From contig OZ242288.1 in assembly GCA_965207575.1 (NCBI GenBank), positions 2,342,241-2,406,240 of the forward strand: a stretch of 64,000 nt of DNA. The letters are read 5' to 3'. This DNA is from an uncultured Candidatus Binatia bacterium (lineage in GTDB: Bacteria; Desulfobacterota; Binatia; Bin18). Positions 45,354 through 56,094 of the stretch are shown in pieces (position 1 is the stretch's first letter; the number at the start of each line of letters is the position of its first letter). The notes under the pieces were generated by a model. It did no database searches. It saw nothing but the letters and a program-made list of their open reading frames with translations, and was not told the DNA's origin. A program made the translations under genes and the position numbers.

Positions 45354-45749
45354 ATGCGACATCTGAAAACCGGGCGAAAACTGAACCGTACGGCAGCGCA
45401 CAGAAAGGCGCTGCTACGGAACTTATTGAAGGCGTTGGTGCTGCGTGAACAAGTCCGAACGACTGATGCGAAGGCCAAAGAACTCCGCCGCTGGGCGGAC
45501 CGTCTGGTGACCCTTGGGAAAAAGAATTCGGTCCATGCGCGCCGTCTTGCCTTCTCGTATCTTGGTAGCCGAAAACTGGTCCAACGTTTGTTTGATGAGG
45601 TTGCTCCACGCTTTCAGGGTCGGGCGGGTGGATATACACGGGTGCTGAAGATAGGTCCTCGCCGTGGAGATGCCGCTCCAGTCTCACTGGTCGAGTTTAC
45701 GGAACGGGCAAGTGCTCCCCCAACCGGAGGAGACGCTGGGAGCGCATAG
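45354..45749 (+). CDS. rplQ: 50S ribosomal protein L17
   Basis: MRHLKTGRKLNRTAAHRKALLRNL. Confidence 0.95.
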   Translation: MRHLKTGRKLNRTAAHRKALLRNLLKALVLREQVRTTDAKAKELRRWADRLVTLGKKNSVHARRLAFSYLGSRKLVQRLFDEVAPRFQGRAGGYTRVLKIGPRRGDAAPVSLVEFTERASAPPTGGDAGSA

Positions 45750-45837
45750 AAGCAAGGGCGGGGAGTCGAGGCGCCAGCCGGGGTGATTCGAGAATCTGAA
45801 CAACTCCTCGAAGCGCACACCTCAGTGGACGAGTCGG

Positions 45838-45870
45838 GAAGGGGGAGCGTTGCTCCCCCTTTGTCATTCT
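45838..45870 (+). terminator. Rho-independent terminator after rplQ, at the end of the alpha operon
   Basis: GGGGGAGC-GTT-GCTCCCCC stem-loop followed by TTTGTCATTCT. Confidence 0.7.
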
Positions 45871-45917
45871 CTCGGATAAGTCAGGTGTATATGAGGAAAT
45901 AGGAGGAAGGACTCGCT

Positions 45918-46562
45918 ATGGCTGTTCGGCAGTATGCCTTTCACTTTAATCTCCCCGAGGGGTGTATCGCATGCGTAAGTGTCGTGGTGAGCTTTCTTCT
46001 TGTCTTTGCTTTTGGGATCTATATCGGAAAAGAAGTGCAGGCGTATAAAACCGCCCGGGAGACGCGGACCGTACGCTTTCCGGTTGAGCCTGCTGACCAC
46101 AACGTGTCTGTGAGTCCTGCGCCTCAGACCTTTCCGCTGACTTCAAAGAGGATCTCAGAGAAGAAGACTCAGAACGGCCAGCCGCAGACGATGTCTTCAA
46201 CTCCACCCGTTGGAGAGAGTGTTTCTGTAAACCCAGCGCAGGCGTCGCAAAACAAAAAGCGAGAGAGCGCACTGACCGCGCCCCCTCCAAGCGTAGGTAA
46301 AGCGCAAGACCAAAAAAATCCGCAGGTTCCGGATGGGTGGAGCATTCAGGTTCATGTCACGAAGAGCCCAAGTACGGCGCGCCAACTTGCCGCGGAACTC
46401 CGGAGACGAGGCTATACCGCCTCCGTCAACAGGCTGACAAAGAACGGAGAAACATTGTACCGTTTGCGCGTCGGAACATTTCCCCAAGACGAGGCTCGGC
46501 GTGTGGCTGCGCGCTTTCGACGTGAAGAGAAGTTCGCCCAGGCCTACCTGGTCTCAGAGTAA
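45918..46562 (+). CDS. SPOR-domain protein (DedD/FtsN-like, peptidoglycan-binding and septal); N-terminal TM helix, Pro/Ser-rich linker, C-terminal SPOR domain
   Basis: C-terminal WSIQVHVTKSPSTARQLAAELRRRGYTASVNRLTKNGETLYRLRVGTF matches the SPOR fold pattern. Confidence 0.65.
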   Translation: MAVRQYAFHFNLPEGCIACVSVVVSFLLVFAFGIYIGKEVQAYKTARETRTVRFPVEPADHNVSVSPAPQTFPLTSKRISEKKTQNGQPQTMSSTPPVGESVSVNPAQASQNKKRESALTAPPPSVGKAQDQKNPQVPDGWSIQVHVTKSPSTARQLAAELRRRGYTASVNRLTKNGETLYRLRVGTFPQDEARRVAARFRREEKFAQAYLVSE

Positions 46563-46579
46563 CCCTTCGTGCTGTATCC

Positions 46580-47599
46580 ATGACGGTCAAAGATGCCATC
46601 GCCCACGTGGTTGCCGGCGCAGATCTGACGGAAGAAGAGATGTATGCCGTCATCACCGATTTGATGGATGGGCAGGCCACTCCAGCTCAGATTGGAGCCC
46701 TATTGACCGCGCTCCACATCAAGGGTGAGACCGTCGCCGAGATCTCTGGGGCGGCTGGGGCTATGCGTGCTATGGCGACACCAGTGCGTCCGGGGCGCGC
46801 GGTTATTGATACCTGCGGCACTGGGGGAGACGGCTGCCATACGTTTAATATTTCGACCTGTGCCGCTTTTGTGGTTGCCGCCGCGGGTTTATGTGTGGCA
46901 AAACATGGCAATCGGGCAATGTCTGGAACGGTTGGCGGTGCTGATGTCTTAGAAACCCTCGGCGCGCGTATTGAGATGTCGCCACAGCAGGTGGCATATT
47001 GCATGCGAGAAGTCGGCTTCGGATTCTTGCTTGCCCCAGCCTTTCATCGAGCCATGCGCCATGCGGTTGGCCCACGTCGGGAAGTTGGGATACGGACCAT
47101 CTTCAATATCCTTGGGCCTCTCACGAATCCGGCGGGAGCGCAATATCAACTCATTGGTGTCTTTGACCAGCGTTGGGTTGAGCCGCTAGCCGTGGCACTC
47201 GGACGATTGGGCTGTCGGCACGGCTTGGTCGTGCATGGAGAGGATGGGCTGGATGAGGTGTCGCTGAGCGGTCCGACGCAAGTTGCTGAGTGGGGGCCAC
47301 AGGGCGTTCGGACGTATAACATCAATCCGATGGATTACGGTTTTCCGTGTCGTCCGTTAACCGCCCTCCAGGTCTCAAGTGCCCAGGAATCGGCAGATAT
47401 CATCCGGTCGGTCTTAGCTGGAACCCTAGGCCCCCACCGAGACGTTGTCTTGCTCAATGCTGGAGCAGCCCTCTATGCTGGGAACGCAGCGGCTTCACTA
47501 GCAGATGGGATTGCGCTTGCCAGGAAAACGATTGACAGTGGAGCCGCGGCCCAGACACTGGAGCGATTTATCCCGCTGACCCACAGGGAAACGGTATGA
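46580..47599 (+). CDS. trpD: Anthranilate phosphoribosyltransferase
   Basis: DTCGTGGDGCHTFNISTCAAFVVAAAG; 339 aa. Confidence 0.93.
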   Translation: MTVKDAIAHVVAGADLTEEEMYAVITDLMDGQATPAQIGALLTALHIKGETVAEISGAAGAMRAMATPVRPGRAVIDTCGTGGDGCHTFNISTCAAFVVAAAGLCVAKHGNRAMSGTVGGADVLETLGARIEMSPQQVAYCMREVGFGFLLAPAFHRAMRHAVGPRREVGIRTIFNILGPLTNPAGAQYQLIGVFDQRWVEPLAVALGRLGCRHGLVVHGEDGLDEVSLSGPTQVAEWGPQGVRTYNINPMDYGFPCRPLTALQVSSAQESADIIRSVLAGTLGPHRDVVLLNAGAALYAGNAAASLADGIALARKTIDSGAAAQTLERFIPLTHRETV

Positions 47600-48378
47600 T
47601 TCTTGATGACATCGTGGCCTATAAACGCGAGGAACTCGCACTCCAAAAACGGCAGGTATCGCTCGGCCAGCTTCAAGACATGCCGCTGTTCCACTCTCAG
47701 CCGCCCGGTTTTTTCCAGACCTTGTCTACCTGGAACGGGCGGACGATTATTGCCGAGATAAAAAAGGCATCTCCCTCCAAGGGCGTGATCCGGCAAGACT
47801 TTGATCCCCTCGCTCTCGCCCGTATCTATGAATCCTCGGGAGCAGCGGCCATCTCTGTGCTTACGGAAAAGAAGTTTTTTCAGGGCAGCCTCGAATATCT
47901 CAAACAGATTCGCCAGCAGGTTGCGCTCCCCCTCCTCAGAAAAGATTTCGTCTTTGATGACTACCAAGTGTACGAAGCTCGTGCCTACGGAGCGAGTGCT
48001 ATTCTCTTAATTGTCGCGATTCTCGAAGACGCTCAGCTGCAAGACCTGATGCATCTGACTCAAACACTAGGGATCGACTGTCTGGTCGAAGTGCACGATG
48101 AAGCAGAATGTGAGCGCGCCCTGTCCCAGGATGCGTCCTTGCTGGGTATCAACAACCGGGATCTGCGTACCTTTCATACGACGATTGAGACTACTGAGCG
48201 TCTGGTGCAAAGTCTGCCCTCCGACGTACTGGTGGTATCTGAGAGCGGACTGTCAACCCGGCATCAATTAAACCGACTCGAGGCTCAGGGGGTGCGGGCG
48301 TTCTTAATCGGTGAGACCTTTATGGCGGCGCCAGACCCCGGAGAGCCGCTCCGCTCGCTGTTAGGATATTCCTCGTAG
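47596..48378 (+). CDS. trpC: Indole-3-glycerol phosphate synthase
   Basis: IIAEIKKASPSKGVI; 260 aa. Confidence 0.92.
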   Translation: MILDDIVAYKREELALQKRQVSLGQLQDMPLFHSQPPGFFQTLSTWNGRTIIAEIKKASPSKGVIRQDFDPLALARIYESSGAAAISVLTEKKFFQGSLEYLKQIRQQVALPLLRKDFVFDDYQVYEARAYGASAILLIVAILEDAQLQDLMHLTQTLGIDCLVEVHDEAECERALSQDASLLGINNRDLRTFHTTIETTERLVQSLPSDVLVVSESGLSTRHQLNRLEAQGVRAFLIGETFMAAPDPGEPLRSLLGYSS

Positions 48379-48385
48379 TCTCCCC

Positions 48386-49009
48386 ATGTCCGTCCACGTC
48401 AAAATCTGTGGTATTACGACGGTCGCTGATGCCCGGCTTGCCGTGCGGGCCGGCGCCGATCTGATTGGTCTGAACTTTTATCCGCCCAGCCCACGCTCTG
48501 TTTCTGAGTCAACTGCCAAAGCGATCCGGAGCATTCTGCCTCAGCATATTCGCTGTGTTGGTGTTTTCGTTGATGCGGAGCGAGAGCGTATCGCTGCCTA
48601 TATTCGGTCTCTCTCGCTTGACGCGGTCCAGTTTCACGGTGATGAGGATGCTGCTGCCCTGACGGACTGGTCGGTTGCGACCATCAAGGCGGTTCGAGTC
48701 GGCTCGGAGACCTCGCTCTCTGAGCAACTCGAAGGGATTCAGGCTGATTACCTCCTCCTTGACACGTATAGTTCTCGCGGATACGGAGGGACGGGTGAGA
48801 CCTTTGCCTGGGGGTATGCTGCGACTCTTCCTCGGCTGACCCTGGACCGGACGATTTTGGCGGGGGGGCTCAATGCAGAGAATGTGGCCACTGCGGTTGA
48901 GGCCGTGCAGCCGTGGGCCGTCGATGTCGCCAGTGGTGTTGAGTCAGTTCCCGGACGGAAAGACGCCGAAAAACTGCACGCGTTCATCAACAATGCCAAA
49001 ACTGCCTGA
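48386..49009 (+). CDS. trpF: N-(5'-phosphoribosyl)anthranilate isomerase
   Basis: [37 protein letters not shown]. Confidence 0.92.
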   Translation: MSVHVKICGITTVADARLAVRAGADLIGLNFYPPSPRSVSESTAKAIRSILPQHIRCVGVFVDAERERIAAYIRSLSLDAVQFHGDEDAAALTDWSVATIKAVRVGSETSLSEQLEGIQADYLLLDTYSSRGYGGTGETFAWGYAATLPRLTLDRTILAGGLNAENVATAVEAVQPWAVDVASGVESVPGRKDAEKLHAFINNAKTA

Positions 49010-50183
49010 TAAACATGGACATTTTGGTCTCTATGGCGGTCGCTATGTAGCGGAGACCCTGATGCCGGCTCTGCTTGAGCTCGAAGAGGTCTATTGCCAA
49101 TGCCGCAGAGACTCGACGTTTAAGCGAGAACTTCGCACACTCCAGCGTGAATATATTGGCCGCCCGACACCGCTCACCTTTGCCGCCCGTTTGACTGAGC
49201 GGCTTGGGGGAGCAAAGGTCTATCTCAAGCGCGAAGATCTGTGTCATACCGGTGCGCATAAGATCAATAACACCATCGGTCAGGCCTTATTGGCAAAACG
49301 TATGGGGAAAGAGCGACTTATTGCCGAAACCGGGGCTGGTCAACATGGGGTTGCAACGGCGACCGTTGCGGCCCTCCTCGGGTTCTCGTGCGAAGTCTTT
49401 ATGGGCCGCGAAGATACTGTGCGCCAAGCGCCCAATGTTTTCCGGATGCGACTTTTGGGAGCAACGCTGCGGGAGGTTGTTTCTGGGAGTCAGACCCTGA
49501 AAGACGCGATGAATGAAGCCTTGCGTGACTGGATTACGCATGTGGCGCATACCTTTTATGTCATCGGAACAGTCGCCGGTCCGCATCCGTATCCGATGTT
49601 GGTCCGCGACTTTCAGTCCGTTATTGGACGCGAGACCAAAAAACAGATCATGCAGCACGAGGGTCGTTTGCCGGACTACCTCATTGCCTGTGTTGGGGGT
49701 GGGAGCAACGCGATGGGCCTCTTTGCTCCTTTTCTCCCAGAAACCACAGTCCACATGGTTGCGGTTGAGGCCGGGGGGCTCGGTGCAGGCCAGAATGCGG
49801 CCTCAATGTCAAACGGGTACGCTGGCGTGTTACACGGCAGCAAGACGTATGTGCTCCAGGACGAGACCGGCCAAATTTCCCCAACGCATTCGCTTGCGCC
49901 GGGGTTGGACTATCCAGGCGTTGGACCAGAATTGAGCTATTGGAATGACCAGCAGCGCATTCGCTGTGTGACGGTCCAGGACGCGCAAGCAGTCGAGGGG
50001 ATGCAACTCTTGGCCGAGACCGAGGGGATTATTCCTGCCTTGGAGAGTGCGCATGCCGTCGCCTATGCTGCGACCCTCGTCCCACAACTGCCAGCCACGG
50101 CCATTGTGGTGCTTAATGTTTCTGGCCGAGGGGATAAAGACCTCCAAAGCGTGGCCAGCTTTCTTGGTGAAAACGCTCTATGA
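48993..50183 (+). CDS. trpB: Tryptophan synthase beta chain
   Basis: [24 protein letters not shown]...; PLP lysine context HTGAHKINN; start trimmed and overlaps trpF by 17 nt. Confidence 0.93.
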   Translation: MPKLPDKHGHFGLYGGRYVAETLMPALLELEEVYCQCRRDSTFKRELRTLQREYIGRPTPLTFAARLTERLGGAKVYLKREDLCHTGAHKINNTIGQALLAKRMGKERLIAETGAGQHGVATATVAALLGFSCEVFMGREDTVRQAPNVFRMRLLGATLREVVSGSQTLKDAMNEALRDWITHVAHTFYVIGTVAGPHPYPMLVRDFQSVIGRETKKQIMQHEGRLPDYLIACVGGGSNAMGLFAPFLPETTVHMVAVEAGGLGAGQNAASMSNGYAGVLHGSKTYVLQDETGQISPTHSLAPGLDYPGVGPELSYWNDQQRIRCVTVQDAQAVEGMQLLAETEGIIPALESAHAVAYAATLVPQLPATAIVVLNVSGRGDKDLQSVASFLGENAL

Positions 50184-51025
50184 CGCGCATTGCCGACACC
50201 TTTACCCGGTTGCAAGCTCGCGGAGAGGTCGGCCTCATCCCATTCATTACTGCCGGGGATCCCGATATTGAGACGACGTTCGCGTTAGTCCACGAAATGG
50301 CCCGACAGGGGGCTGACATCATCGAACTCGGCGTTCCTTTTTCCGATCCGATGGCCGATGGGCCAACCCTGCAACGTGCCGCAGAACGTGCCTTGCAACA
50401 CGGCACGTCGTTGTCCCACGTATTTGAACTGGTACGTCGTTTACGACAGTCGCTCACGATCCCAATCCTGCTCTTTGGTTATTATAATCCAATCTGGCGC
50501 TACGGTGGGGAGCGATTTGCCGCCGATGCTCGCCAGGCGGGTGTCGACGGCGTATTGTGTGTTGATCTCCCGCCTGAAGAAGCAGAGGAGTTGAAGCGGG
50601 AGACGGATCGCTACGATTTGGATATGATCTTTCTCCTCGCTCCGACCAGTTCGCTGGATCGGGCTCAGAGGGTGCTGGCTCGTGCGCGCGGATTTATCTA
50701 TTATGTCGCAGTAACGGGCGTGACGGGTGTACGGGCGGCACTCCCAGCGGATTTGAGCGATATGGTTCGACGCCTTCGCGCTATTTCCCCTGTGCCCGTT
50801 GGTGTTGGGTTCGGTATCTCCTCAGCGGAACATGCTGTGCAGGTCGCTGGCGTAGCTGACGCTGCTATTGTCGGAAGCGCCATCTCACAGGTCATTGAGC
50901 AATCGCTGGGACAGCCTGATCTGGTGCCACGGGTGGGGGCGCTTGTTGCCGAGCTCAAAACAGCCCTACGCAGTATCCCGACCGTCACTCCAAACGATAC
51001 CAGAGCGACTATCCCCTCACCATGA
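50180..51025 (+). CDS. trpA: Tryptophan synthase alpha chain
   Basis: [17 protein letters not shown]...[14 protein letters not shown]. Confidence 0.93.
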   Translation: MTRIADTFTRLQARGEVGLIPFITAGDPDIETTFALVHEMARQGADIIELGVPFSDPMADGPTLQRAAERALQHGTSLSHVFELVRRLRQSLTIPILLFGYYNPIWRYGGERFAADARQAGVDGVLCVDLPPEEAEELKRETDRYDLDMIFLLAPTSSLDRAQRVLARARGFIYYVAVTGVTGVRAALPADLSDMVRRLRAISPVPVGVGFGISSAEHAVQVAGVADAAIVGSAISQVIEQSLGQPDLVPRVGALVAELKTALRSIPTVTPNDTRATIPSP

Positions 51026-51058
51026 TCCTGGGAGCAGACGGAGAGCGGTGAAGAAAGA

Positions 51059-51931
51059 GTGAGTATGGCAGAACCGGCAGTCACGGTGAGTCAAGAAGAG
51101 GGGGAGGCCATTTGGCTCAAATGTGCGACGTGTCAAGAAATTTTGTTTCGAAAGGAAGTCGAGCGTCGCCTTTTTATTTGCCCCAAATGTGGCGCTCATC
51201 TCCGCCTGACCGCCGAACAACGACTGCTCACCATCGTTGATCGTGGTTCGTTCATTGAGCATGCGCCGCACGTGCGCTCCACCGATCCTCTCGCCTTCAC
51301 CGATCGGAAACCTTATGCCCAACGGTTAGCTGATGCGTACAGTCGCTCGGGACGTGCCGAAGCCGTTGTCTGTGGGGTAGCGACCCTTGACGGGCGTCGT
51401 GTTGCTCTCGGCTGTTTCGACTTCTCTTTTCTCGGTGGCAGTATGGGGACTGCCGTGGGGGAAAAGTTGACGCGGATTATCGAGCACGCCCGTGCAGAAC
51501 AATTGCCCGTTATTTTCTTCTCTGCCTCCGGCGGTGCCAGGATGCAGGAAGGGGTCCTCTCGCTGATGCAGATGGCAAAGATTACTATGGCGCTTGGTCG
51601 TTTGCGAGAAGCTGGGTTGCCTTATATCTCTGTTCTGACTGATCCCACGACAGGTGGCGTTGCCGCCTCGCTGGGTATGTTGGGTGATATCAATATTGCT
51701 GAGCCGGGAGCCTTGATTGGCTTTGCCGGACAACGCGTGATCGAACAGACCATCCGGGAAAAGCTTCCTCCGGGTTTTCAACGAGCGGAATTTTTATTGG
51801 AACATGGTATGGTAGATCTTGTTGTTGAGCGCAAGGATTTGCGTGGGATGTTAAGCCAGTTGCTTAGTCTCTTATGCAATCCTGTACCCACCCCTGACTC
51901 AACCCCCAAAGCGTCTCACTCTCCCCCATAA
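51059..51931 (+). CDS. accD: Acetyl-CoA carboxylase carboxyltransferase subunit beta
   Basis: N-terminal zinc finger CATCQ...CPKCGAH; carboxyltransferase domain. Confidence 0.92.
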   Translation: MSMAEPAVTVSQEEGEAIWLKCATCQEILFRKEVERRLFICPKCGAHLRLTAEQRLLTIVDRGSFIEHAPHVRSTDPLAFTDRKPYAQRLADAYSRSGRAEAVVCGVATLDGRRVALGCFDFSFLGGSMGTAVGEKLTRIIEHARAEQLPVIFFSASGGARMQEGVLSLMQMAKITMALGRLREAGLPYISVLTDPTTGGVAASLGMLGDINIAEPGALIGFAGQRVIEQTIREKLPPGFQRAEFLLEHGMVDLVVERKDLRGMLSQLLSLLCNPVPTPDSTPKASHSPP

Positions 51932-51967
51932 CGCCCCATCCTGTAATCTGCTATTCAGAACGGCAGG

Positions 51968-53275
51968 ATGTCCGACTACTCAGATACATTAGCGTGGTTG
52001 TACGGACTCGAAGTCGAGCGTATGGACCTCAAGCTTGAGCGGACCACGCTCGCGCTTCGTTTGGGTAATGACCCGCAGCGCCGATTCCCCAGCGTTCATA
52101 TAGCCGGCACGAATGGGAAAGGCTCTACCGCGGCTATATTGCATGCCATCCTCAGCGCTGCAGGATACAAGGCGGGCTTGTTTACGTCTCCACATCTGAC
52201 CGATTTTTGTGAGCGGATTCGGATTGGCACACGGTGGGTCTCTCCACGCGAAGTGGTAGATACCGTGGCGGCAATCAAGTCCGACCTCGAACCGGCGGAC
52301 ATTCGGTTGACTCCGTTCGAGATGATGACGGTGCTGGCTTTTCGTATCTTTGCCCAAGCCTGCGTGGATATTGCCATTGTGGAGGTTGGTTTGGGTGGGA
52401 GGCTCGATGCCACCAATGTTCTCACCCCCCTGGTGTCCGTCATCACCAGTATCGGACTTGACCACCAGCAATATCTAGGGTCCACTCTGACTGATATTGC
52501 GCGTGAAAAGGGCGGGATTATTAAGCCCGCGGTACCGGTCGTGCTTGGGAAGCTCGATCAGGAGAGCCGTGAGGTTTTATATCGGAAGGCTCGAGATCAA
52601 GGGAACGCGATTTTGTCATATGGCCAGGATTTTACGCTTGAGAAAGACGCCTTCGGCCGGTATTGCTACGATGGAAAGCAGTATAAATATAAGAATCTTC
52701 AGCCTTCTCTGAACGGGAAATTTCAAGTACACAATACCGCGGTTGCTTTGGCGAGCCTGGAATATCTCCAAGATGCCTTCCCGGTGACAGAGGTTCAAAT
52801 TCGTGCGGGATTACGATCGGTATATTGGCCGGGTAGGTTGGATGTTGTGTCAACGCAACCCCTTGTCATCCTTGACGGGGCGCATAATATCCAGGCTCTT
52901 CACGCACTATTGGCCGAACTCCCTGACCTCGCTCCGAATCGGCGGCCTATTTTTCTTTTTGGGGTCATGCGGGATAAGGAGTGGCGTCCGATGGTAGCCG
53001 CCTTGGAACAGGTCGCCGCCGCGGTCGTTGTCACAGCGGTCGCGCAACCACGAGCAGAAGACCCGTATACGGTGCAACGTGCTTTTTCTACCAACTGTTC
53101 TGTGCGCACCATTGAGGGGGCCGCGGAAGCTTGCCGCCAACTGCTCCATCAAATCGGTCCTCAAGAGGCTCTTGTGGTGTGTGGCTCGTTGTTCTTGGTT
53201 GGAGAAGTGCTACCGCTCTTTCCCGAAGCCTGTGTTGCCCCCACGATCTCCCAGACCCAACGGCCGCTGGCCTGA
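51968..53275 (+). CDS. folC: Bifunctional folylpolyglutamate synthase / dihydrofolate synthase
   Basis: HIAGTNGKGSTAA P-loop; Mur ligase fold; canonical accD-folC adjacency. Confidence 0.9.
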   Translation: MSDYSDTLAWLYGLEVERMDLKLERTTLALRLGNDPQRRFPSVHIAGTNGKGSTAAILHAILSAAGYKAGLFTSPHLTDFCERIRIGTRWVSPREVVDTVAAIKSDLEPADIRLTPFEMMTVLAFRIFAQACVDIAIVEVGLGGRLDATNVLTPLVSVITSIGLDHQQYLGSTLTDIAREKGGIIKPAVPVVLGKLDQESREVLYRKARDQGNAILSYGQDFTLEKDAFGRYCYDGKQYKYKNLQPSLNGKFQVHNTAVALASLEYLQDAFPVTEVQIRAGLRSVYWPGRLDVVSTQPLVILDGAHNIQALHALLAELPDLAPNRRPIFLFGVMRDKEWRPMVAALEQVAAAVVVTAVAQPRAEDPYTVQRAFSTNCSVRTIEGAAEACRQLLHQIGPQEALVVCGSLFLVGEVLPLFPEACVAPTISQTQRPLA

Positions 53276-53285
53276 GAGAGTATAG

Positions 53286-55490
53286 GTGGTCATGCAAAGA
53301 ATTCTTTATTTTTTTCTCTTGCTCACGCTTTCCTGGTTTATCGAGGTAGAGGCCGTCCCTGCACAAGAAGCGGTTGAGGTTAATGCTGACACGCTAAGCT
53401 ATGAAGAGGACGGGGAGACGGTGTCGGCGCAAGGGAACGTCGTTGTCACCCAGGGCCAAACGACGCTCACCGCAGATAGGGTGAGTGTCAGCCGGACCAG
53501 GAATGAACTTCAGGCCCGCGGAAATGTCGTACTGCAAGACCCTCAAGGGAATATTCAGGCTGAGGCGTTGCGCCTGGAACTCACGGATGAAACAGGTGAA
53601 ATTGAAGATGGCGTCATTCACATGCCCCAGCGTCAATATACGATTACCGGCAGGAGGCTCCAAAAATCTTACGGTCAGACTTACCATATTGAAGACGGAA
53701 CGATAACAACATGTGAGTGTGAGGCCGACGAGCAGCCAGATTGGAGGCTGGACGCCTCCGAGTTTGATCTCACCCTGGCTGGAACCGGTAAGCTTCGTGG
53801 CGGGCTCCTGCGGGCTCGAGACATCCCGCTCCTGTATATCCCCTATGGTGCGGTTCCTGTCCGCAAGGACCGCCAAAGTGGTGCGCTCGCGCCCCGGTCT
53901 GGCTTTTCGAGTAAGCGTGGTTTCCAGTGGGAACAACCCTTCTATTGGGCAATCAGTAAGAGTCAGGACTTTACGTTCACAGCGGATATTGAAACCTCTG
54001 CTCGGGTTGGGCTCCTGGGAGAATACCGCTATGCACCCAGTGAGCGGGTGGAGGGCGATTTCTCCGCCTCCTATTTTAATGAACAGATTCGGGGACCGGC
54101 CTCAACGACCTCACCTGTTGATCGTTGGAGTGTCACAGGAGCACATCGGCAGCGTATGGCCGCTAATGTGGAGGTGTATAGTGATTTCTTTTTTGTGAGT
54201 GACGACTTCTTCTTGCGCGAATTCAACGTCTCCTTTCATCCAGGGCTTGAAGATCACCAGCTCCGTTCACGGCGGTTTACCGCTTCCCGAGTCGGCGGTC
54301 TGAAAACCTGGAAGAACGCTCAGTTCCGTTCCGAGGCGCGCTATTATCAAGATTTGCGAAACGATCAGGATGATGCCTTTCAGGTTCTGCCCCAGGTCAA
54401 TTTTCAGGGCCATCGCCGTTTCTGGAACGACCGTCTTGAAGCCGGGGTGGCCATACAGGGCAGCCATTTCTTTCGGAGTCGTGGCTACTATGGTCAGCGC
54501 TTTGATCTCGCTCCCTGGGTATCGCTCCCTTTCTCCCTCGGCAGATATGTCTATGGTTCGGTGACGGCGACTGGGCGGGAGACGGTCTACCATATGAGTT
54601 CCCGCGCTCGGGGGCGACCGGTCGTGTCTGGCTCCGGACGCCTGAAGAAGACGCAGACTAGGGAGACGGTCCAGCTACAGGCTGAGTTCGGAACACGCCT
54701 CTCCCGGGTTTTCGATGTTGGTTGGGGACGGGTGAGTAAACTCCAACACGTGATCGAGCCGCATGTCTCGTTCTCCTACGTCCCTCGGGTTGGTCAAGAT
54801 GATCTGCCGCTCTATGATGCGCTCGACCGGATTAACCGGCGCAGCCTCTTTGTATATGGTGTTTCAAACAGGCTCCTTGGAAAATTTGATCCACTCCCCG
54901 GCGCTTCCAATCGGCAAGCTCGCGTCCGTGAACTGCTCCGTGTATCGGTGACCCAGGCTTACGACCCGACCCGCCGTCTGCGAGAAGAAGGCGAACGGTT
55001 TGGCCTGAGTGAGACGGACCAGCATTTTTCTGATGTGGATATCAGTGCGCATGTTCGTCCATTCTCGCTCTTTACCCTTGCGGCGGAGACGACATATGAT
55101 GTCGATCAAGGAGACATGATTGCCGCCCGCATAGGTGGATACCTCCAGGACCCGCGCCCGTTCCCAGAGACGAGTCCATTACTGCGCCATCTGCAGCGAC
55201 GGACGAGTATTGGGGTTTCGTACCGGACCATTGCTGACCGGCTTCTGAAAGAGCTCAATTCCCGTGTTATCCTCCGTCTGAATGAATACCTGACGGTCGC
55301 CTATTTCACGCGCTATGATCTGAATGATAAAGTATTTATCGGGTCGCGCTATTTCTTTCGTGTCCTCTCTCCGCAGAAATGTTGGACGTTTGATTTCGGA
55401 GTTGTTGAGAAAGTGAATCCCGATGAGGTTGAGTTTCGGTTTTCCTTGTCTTTGGTTGGTATTACGTCAGCTGGCAAGAGCGCGTTTTGA
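53286..55490 (+). CDS. lptD: LPS-assembly protein LptD (OstA N-domain plus C-terminal beta-barrel)
   Basis: Signal peptide; OstA-N repeats (VNADTLSYEEDGETVSAQGNVVVTQGQTTLTADRV...); 734 aa beta-rich C-terminus. Confidence 0.85.
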   Translation: MVMQRILYFFLLLTLSWFIEVEAVPAQEAVEVNADTLSYEEDGETVSAQGNVVVTQGQTTLTADRVSVSRTRNELQARGNVVLQDPQGNIQAEALRLELTDETGEIEDGVIHMPQRQYTITGRRLQKSYGQTYHIEDGTITTCECEADEQPDWRLDASEFDLTLAGTGKLRGGLLRARDIPLLYIPYGAVPVRKDRQSGALAPRSGFSSKRGFQWEQPFYWAISKSQDFTFTADIETSARVGLLGEYRYAPSERVEGDFSASYFNEQIRGPASTTSPVDRWSVTGAHRQRMAANVEVYSDFFFVSDDFFLREFNVSFHPGLEDHQLRSRRFTASRVGGLKTWKNAQFRSEARYYQDLRNDQDDAFQVLPQVNFQGHRRFWNDRLEAGVAIQGSHFFRSRGYYGQRFDLAPWVSLPFSLGRYVYGSVTATGRETVYHMSSRARGRPVVSGSGRLKKTQTRETVQLQAEFGTRLSRVFDVGWGRVSKLQHVIEPHVSFSYVPRVGQDDLPLYDALDRINRRSLFVYGVSNRLLGKFDPLPGASNRQARVRELLRVSVTQAYDPTRRLREEGERFGLSETDQHFSDVDISAHVRPFSLFTLAAETTYDVDQGDMIAARIGGYLQDPRPFPETSPLLRHLQRRTSIGVSYRTIADRLLKELNSRVILRLNEYLTVAYFTRYDLNDKVFIGSRYFFRVLSPQKCWTFDFGVVEKVNPDEVEFRFSLSLVGITSAGKSAF

Positions 55491-55550
55491 GACAAGTCTG
55501 TGGCCGTTTGTTCTGGGACAGTCTGATCGAGACAGCCGTATTAGACCGCT

Positions 55551-56030
55551 ATGCAAAAGATTTTTTCTGAAGGACAGCTGGCGGAGCAGTTGGCTCGACT
55601 TCGCCGTCAGGGTAAGCGCATCGTCTTTACCAACGGCTGTTTCGACCTGATACATAGCGGTCATGTCTATATGCTGGCTCAGGCAAAGACGTTTGGCGAT
55701 ATCCTTGTGGTCGGTATGAACACCGATGCTTCGGTCAAACGGCTGAAAGGAGACAAGCGGCCAATTCTTGATCAAGCCAGTCGTTTGGCCCTGCTGGCGG
55801 CCCTTGAGGTCGTTGACTATATCACCCTGTTTGAAGAAGATACGCCGCTTGCCTTGATTCGTCGGCTTCAACCACACATTCTCGTCAAAGGGGGGGATTG
55901 GAGCCCCGAGGCTATTGTGGGCAAAGAAGTTGTTGAACACGCCGGTGGACGAGTCGTTGCTGTCCGTCATCAAGACGGCTTTTCAACGACCAATCTGATT
56001 GAGCGTATTCTTGTTGCCTATCAGGAATAG
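55551..56030 (+). CDS. D-glycero-beta-D-manno-heptose-1-phosphate adenylyltransferase (stand-alone HldE domain II / HldC-like)
   Basis: Cytidylyltransferase-fold motif VFTNGCFDLIHSGHVYML; 159 aa. Confidence 0.85.
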   Translation: MQKIFSEGQLAEQLARLRRQGKRIVFTNGCFDLIHSGHVYMLAQAKTFGDILVVGMNTDASVKRLKGDKRPILDQASRLALLAALEVVDYITLFEEDTPLALIRRLQPHILVKGGDWSPEAIVGKEVVEHAGGRVVAVRHQDGFSTTNLIERILVAYQE

Positions 56031-56094
56031 TAGTTCGGTTCCCCTGTGTTGCACGAGTGTCACGCCTATGGTGTACGCAGATGCTTCCAGGAGG

